NCBI GenBank assembly: GCA_015062445.1
Contig: SUUQ01000006.1
Coordinates: 1,142 to 65,141 of the forward strand
Direction: 5' to 3'
DNA length: 64,000 nt
DNA from: Alphaproteobacteria bacterium
GTDB taxonomy: Bacteria; Pseudomonadota; Alphaproteobacteria; Rs-D84
Positions 60,258 through 64,000 of this stretch are shown here, piece by piece (positions within the stretch are counted from its first letter, which is position 1; the number at the start of each line of letters is the position of its first letter). The position numbers were made by a program, and so were the translations under genes. The notes under the pieces are model-generated. The model saw only the letters and a program-made list of their open reading frames with translations, had not been told where the DNA came from and ran no database searches.

Positions 60258-60884
60258 ATGAAATTTTTTGTAAACTTTTTATCTGGCTTTCGCATTGCTG
60301 CGGCCTTTGCGATTATACTGACATTGCTGATTGCAATATACAACCCCGCAATATCTGGCGCAATGTATTGGATAACATTTATATTATTTGCACTGGGGTC
60401 AATTTCCGACTGGTTTGATGGCTATCTGGCCCGCAAATACAACGCATGCAGCAAACTGGGCGGCGTACTGGATCACATTGGGGACAAGTTACTGGTTGTT
60501 AACACGCTAATAATGTTATCGATAATGATGCCAATGTGGTACATTGTGGTCCCAGTTATAATAATGATTGCCCGTGAATTATACATATCCGGTCTGCGTG
60601 AATTCCTGGGCACGCAAAAGATAGAAATGCCCGTCCCCAAGGCACGTTTTTCCATGGGCAAAATCAAAACCACACTCCAAATGATATCAATCTGTGCATT
60701 TTTACTGATACCAACATTAGGCACATTGATTGACCCAGCTGCAATCAGCACAACATTGGTACGCACATTATTTATCCTGTCATACATCAGTGTTTCCACA
60801 TTATGGCTATCATTGATTGCATCTGTATGGTCTGCAACCCAATACACAATGACATTTATTGGACACTTAAAAAAGATAAAATAA
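60258..60884 (+). CDS. pgsA: CDP-diacylglycerol--glycerol-3-phosphate 3-phosphatidyltransferase
   Basis: DWFDGYLARK...LGGVLDHIGDKLL, GKIKTTLQM; follows uvrC. Confidence 0.93.
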   Translation: MKFFVNFLSGFRIAAAFAIILTLLIAIYNPAISGAMYWITFILFALGSISDWFDGYLARKYNACSKLGGVLDHIGDKLLVVNTLIMLSIMMPMWYIVVPVIIMIARELYISGLREFLGTQKIEMPVPKARFSMGKIKTTLQMISICAFLLIPTLGTLIDPAAISTTLVRTLFILSYISVSTLWLSLIASVWSATQYTMTFIGHLKKIK

Positions 60885-60912
60885 CAACAAATAAAAACGT
60901 TCTATACGCATT

Positions 60913-60936
60913 AAAACCGCCACATACGGCGGTTTT
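60913..60936. terminator. Bidirectional terminator between pgsA and the convergent gene
   Basis: aaaaccgcc-acatac-ggcggtttt. Confidence 0.75.
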
Positions 60937-61867
60937 ATTCACCAACCCCATACATAAAATTACCAGTTCCTTTATTTCCATAAAATTTTTGTTCCACCAC
61001 ATCCCACATACCATTTGATGGCACAACAAAATTTCCAATTTGCAATCCTGCTGGCACAGGAACAAAATCACGCACAGGCACCGAATACTCAAGCAATTTC
61101 ACACGATACATCCGTGCATCAGCAAGTTCTGTTTCGCGACCTGCGGCATTAATCCCATACAACAAAAAAGAATACTGCATCCGCATATCACGTTCAAAGG
61201 TCACATCATAAATAATCGGCCCCAAATCAGTATACGTTGTCACAGTCGTAGATTTTACCCCATTATAATCATTATTATTCTCCACACGCACCCACCCCCG
61301 TTTTCCATACACAAACATAGATTCGCTCGGAATAAAATTATCAGGAACCCGCCACCCCGGATTATGCCTTCCCACTGCATCATATCCAAAATTCAAACGC
61401 GCATAATTCCCCCCCAGCCCTGCCGAAAAAGCCCCCGCCTGCCAATCATTATAAGCCCCCGCCACACTATACAATTCTTCTTTATCATAGATAATCAGAT
61501 CAAAATAAAAACCAAAACTATGTGCCCACGGTTTATATCCGGTATCAATATACTGGGTTCCTGTTGACTCTAACCACACATCTGAATCAGCATCAACCAG
61601 ACAATTACCAACGAACCAATAATGCCCAACATGCTGTTTTTCCCCCTTACACACAGTATATTCTATCCCCTCATCTTCTATATGCAATGTATTCATTCCA
61701 CTTTGTGTTGTTAACGGGGCATATACTATCTCATTATCAACTCGCACATGCAAAGACGGAATTGTTACTCGTTCCTTATGCAGTGGAATTTGTATATTAC
61801 CCACATACAATGTACGCCCAAAACATTCAATCGACACCATCAACAACACAAATACAAGACATCTCAT
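60935..61867 (-). CDS. Secreted protein with a putative beta-sandwich (ConA/LamG-like) domain
   Basis: Signal-like MRCLVFVLLMVSIECFG; WLESTGTQYIDTG and RDFVPV...GMWDVVEQKFYGNKGTGNF framing motifs; ATG at 61867 follows a GGGGGG RBS. Confidence 0.65.
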   Translation of the reverse strand: MRCLVFVLLMVSIECFGRTLYVGNIQIPLHKERVTIPSLHVRVDNEIVYAPLTTQSGMNTLHIEDEGIEYTVCKGEKQHVGHYWFVGNCLVDADSDVWLESTGTQYIDTGYKPWAHSFGFYFDLIIYDKEELYSVAGAYNDWQAGAFSAGLGGNYARLNFGYDAVGRHNPGWRVPDNFIPSESMFVYGKRGWVRVENNNDYNGVKSTTVTTYTDLGPIIYDVTFERDMRMQYSFLLYGINAAGRETELADARMYRVKLLEYSVPVRDFVPVPAGLQIGNFVVPSNGMWDVVEQKFYGNKGTGNFMYGVGE

Positions 61868-61887
61868 TTCTCTACCCCCCTTGCGAC

Positions 61888-61918
61888 AAAAAAAATCCGT
61901 CAACCTGCGGATTGACGG
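61888..61918 (-). terminator. Leader terminator immediately upstream of the secreted-protein gene
   Basis: Minus strand ccgtcaa-tccgcagg-ttgacgg followed by a and T8. Confidence 0.75.
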
Positions 61919-61989
61919 TCGGGGTGTTCGAAAATCACCAAACTAATGACTCCCATAATCTTTTGTTATACATTACGGGCACCCCGACC
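61917..61989 (-). ncRNA. C4/CI-antisense-like cloverleaf RNA candidate
   Basis: 10-bp closing stem ggtcggggtg/caccccgacc, two inner hairpins and an unpaired ttcgaa; complementary target at 62061-62085. Confidence 0.6.
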
Positions 61990-62144
61990 TTTATGTCGGG
62001 GAGATTTTAACGACACAAATACGCACCCCACCGATTGGGTGATATACATCATTTGTACCGAGTTTGGCGGGCTTTCGACAGCCCCGAACCTGCATCTCTA
62101 CAGATTCACACAAATAATAAACTATTTACCTATTATTACGCCAG

Positions 62145-62175
62145 CAAAAAATCCCGCTCACTGCGGGATTTTTTG
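62145..62175 (-). terminator. dnaJ terminator
   Basis: caaaaaatcccgc-tcact-gcgggattttttg. Confidence 0.8.
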
Positions 62176-62184
62176 TATTTTTTT

Positions 62185-63324
62185 TCAGAACCAACTTTTT
62201 TTACCAGATTTTGTTTCTGCAAATTCCGTTAAAATCTTTTTTTGTTTTTCTGTTAATTTCGTTGGAATTTTTATTGCCACATCTATATACAAATCTCCAA
62301 AGGTTCCCGCCCGTCTGACCGATGGCATACCATGCCCACGCACACGCAGTTTTTCACCAACCTGTGTTCCCGAAGGGACTTTTACAGCCAGCTCTTTTCC
62401 ATCTATGGTTTCAACTTCGATTTCGCCGCCCATGGCCAGTGTTGTAAATGGCACGTCTACACGCATAATCAAGTCATTACCACGTCTTTCGAATTTTTTA
62501 TCCTGTCTGATATGAATATCCAGATAGAAATCCCCTGCCGGCCCACCATTTATACCTGCTTCGCCCTGTCCTGCCAAACGCAGTCGTGCTCCATCCTCGA
62601 TACCTGCGGGAATTTTTACTTCCAACGTACGTTGTTTATGTTCTGTACCTGTACCATTACACTGACTGCATTTTTTATCAATCTTGCGCCCCAGTCCATT
62701 ACAATCTGGGCATGGTTGTTCCATTGCAAAGAAACCTTGACGTGTTTGTACGAAACCACTGCCCCCACATCGTGGGCATGCTGGGGCCGCCTTACCATCT
62801 GCCGTACCATGACCATGACATTTTTCACATTCTACATTACTGGAAAATTTAACAGTATGAACTTTTCCGTGATATGCATCTTTCAAATCGATTACAACTT
62901 CGTCCAGCAGGTCACGTCCACCACGTTGTGTGGCCCCTCGCGCCCCCCCTGCACCGCCAAAGTCACCAAATCCAAATCCACGCATGGCTTCACGCAGGAT
63001 GTCTTCCATACCTGCGCCGCCCCCCATATTAAAGTGAAACCCGCCATTACCGAATGGATTTCCGCCAAACCCCGCCCCTGACGCATTACCACCTGCGAAT
63101 GCAGCATCGCCAAAACGGTCGTATGCGGCACGTTTTTGTGGGTCCTTCAATATATCAAAGGCATTATTAACTTCTTTGAATTTTTCTTCTGCCTCTTTGT
63201 CATCTGGATTTCTATCTGGGTGATACTTCATCACCAATTTATGATATGCCTTTTTAATATCTGCATCAGATGCATCACGTGCCACACCCAGCACTTCATA
63301 TGGGTTTTTATTCATTTTATACAT
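62185..63324 (-). CDS. dnaJ: Chaperone DnaJ
   Basis: J domain HPD, G/F-rich region, four CxxCxGxG motifs. Confidence 0.98.
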   Translation of the reverse strand: MYKMNKNPYEVLGVARDASDADIKKAYHKLVMKYHPDRNPDDKEAEEKFKEVNNAFDILKDPQKRAAYDRFGDAAFAGGNASGAGFGGNPFGNGGFHFNMGGGAGMEDILREAMRGFGFGDFGGAGGARGATQRGGRDLLDEVVIDLKDAYHGKVHTVKFSSNVECEKCHGHGTADGKAAPACPRCGGSGFVQTRQGFFAMEQPCPDCNGLGRKIDKKCSQCNGTGTEHKQRTLEVKIPAGIEDGARLRLAGQGEAGINGGPAGDFYLDIHIRQDKKFERRGNDLIMRVDVPFTTLAMGGEIEVETIDGKELAVKVPSGTQVGEKLRVRGHGMPSVRRAGTFGDLYIDVAIKIPTKLTEKQKKILTEFAETKSGKKSWF

Positions 63325-63450
63325 CCATTAAAATTATTGTTGTAAAATATATAGGACAGCATTAAAAAAAATCAAGTCCCAAAATGTGATTTAGGGGTAA
63401 ATTCTTTGGGCTTGCCAAATTTTGAAAAATGTTCTAATAATAGATACATT

Positions 63451-64000
63451 ATGACAGAGAAAAAGACACAATCATACGATGCTTCTGACATCCAGGTACT
63501 AGAAGGTCTGGAACCCGTTCGCCTGCGTCCCGGGATGTACATTGGCGGCACAGATGAAAAGGCATGGCATCACCTGCCGGTTGAGATTATGGACAATTCG
63601 ATTGACGAAGCGGTTGCCGGCTTTGCCAAGAAAATAACCGTCCGCCTGATTGATTCCAAGACAATTGAAATTGCCGATGACGGTCGCGGCATTCCTGTGG
63701 ACGAACACCCCAAATATCCTGGCAAATCCGCACTGGAAGTTATATTGACCACCCTGCATTCCGGGGGCAAGTTTAATAACAACGTGTATAAAACCAGTGG
63801 TGGTCTGCACGGTGTTGGTTCTGCGGTTGTAAATGCCCTATCATCTGAAATGATTGTGGATATTTCCCGTGATGGTTACCAGTGGCATCAGACATTTTCC
63901 CGTGGCCAGGTAACATCCCCCATGACACGTGGCGATGCGACCAAATCGCACGGCACCAAGATAAGATTTACCATTGACGACCAGATTTTTGGGGAAACTG
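63451..64000 (+). CDS. parE: DNA topoisomerase IV subunit B, N-terminal part (runs off the window; not in the ORF track)
   Basis: Manual translation MTEKKTQSYDASDIQVLEGLEPVRLRPGMYIGGTD...HPKYPGKSALEVILTTLHSGGKF...SGGLHGVG; LEPVR and YIGGTD favour ParE over GyrB. Confidence 0.85.
   Translation, partial: MTEKKTQSYDASDIQVLEGLEPVRLRPGMYIGGTDEKAWHHLPVEIMDNSIDEAVAGFAKKITVRLIDSKTIEIADDGRGIPVDEHPKYPGKSALEVILTTLHSGGKFNNNVYKTSGGLHGVGSAVVNALSSEMIVDISRDGYQWHQTFSRGQVTSPMTRGDATKSHGTKIRFTIDDQIFGET

Noticed and set aside
60935-62145. Diversity-generating retroelement target and template
   Set aside because: No reverse transcriptase is in the window, and I found no template/variable repeat pair differing at adenines.
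1-64000. Alternative genetic code
   Set aside because: Conserved genes translate full length with the standard code; secY ends at TGA and Trp uses TGG.

Overview
Bacterial chromosome segment, most consistent with a small-genome, probably host- or gut-associated Alphaproteobacterium (inferred from gene order, ParE/TolB/FtsEX sequence style and gene content). The standard genetic code fits: TGA is a stop in secY and TGG encodes Trp. Positions 1-16.9 kb hold the str-S10-spc ribosomal protein superoperon on the minus strand (rpsL to the start of rpsK, with no adk). The rest is mostly housekeeping: mltG, an acyl-CoA synthetase, tRNA-Pro, fabF, acpP, lepA, rbfA, pal, ftsEX, plsC, tolB, fba, efp, ppa, dnaN, dapD, an AsmA-like gene, rluC, uvrC, pgsA, dnaJ and a partial parE. 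The most notable accessory features are: (1) a ~9 kb array of six paralogous, signal-peptide-bearing, anchorless Ala-rich fibre-like proteins built from shuffled shared modules, next to a small beta-barrel gene; (2) a GIY-YIG nuclease inside a dense field of GTCAT-headed REP-like palindromes, including what looks like an empty copy of the same locus; (3) a second ~100-bp palindromic repeat family with covarying and chimeric arms at four loci; (4) a C4/CI-antisense-like RNA cassette plus terminator in front of a secreted protein gene; (5) a CdaA-type diadenylate cyclase, unusual for Alphaproteobacteria; (6) an intact but catalytically dead P4-type integrase; (7) an identical hairpin upstream of both 5S rRNA-binding protein genes, rplE and rplR. 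All calls come from reading the sequence; no searches were run.
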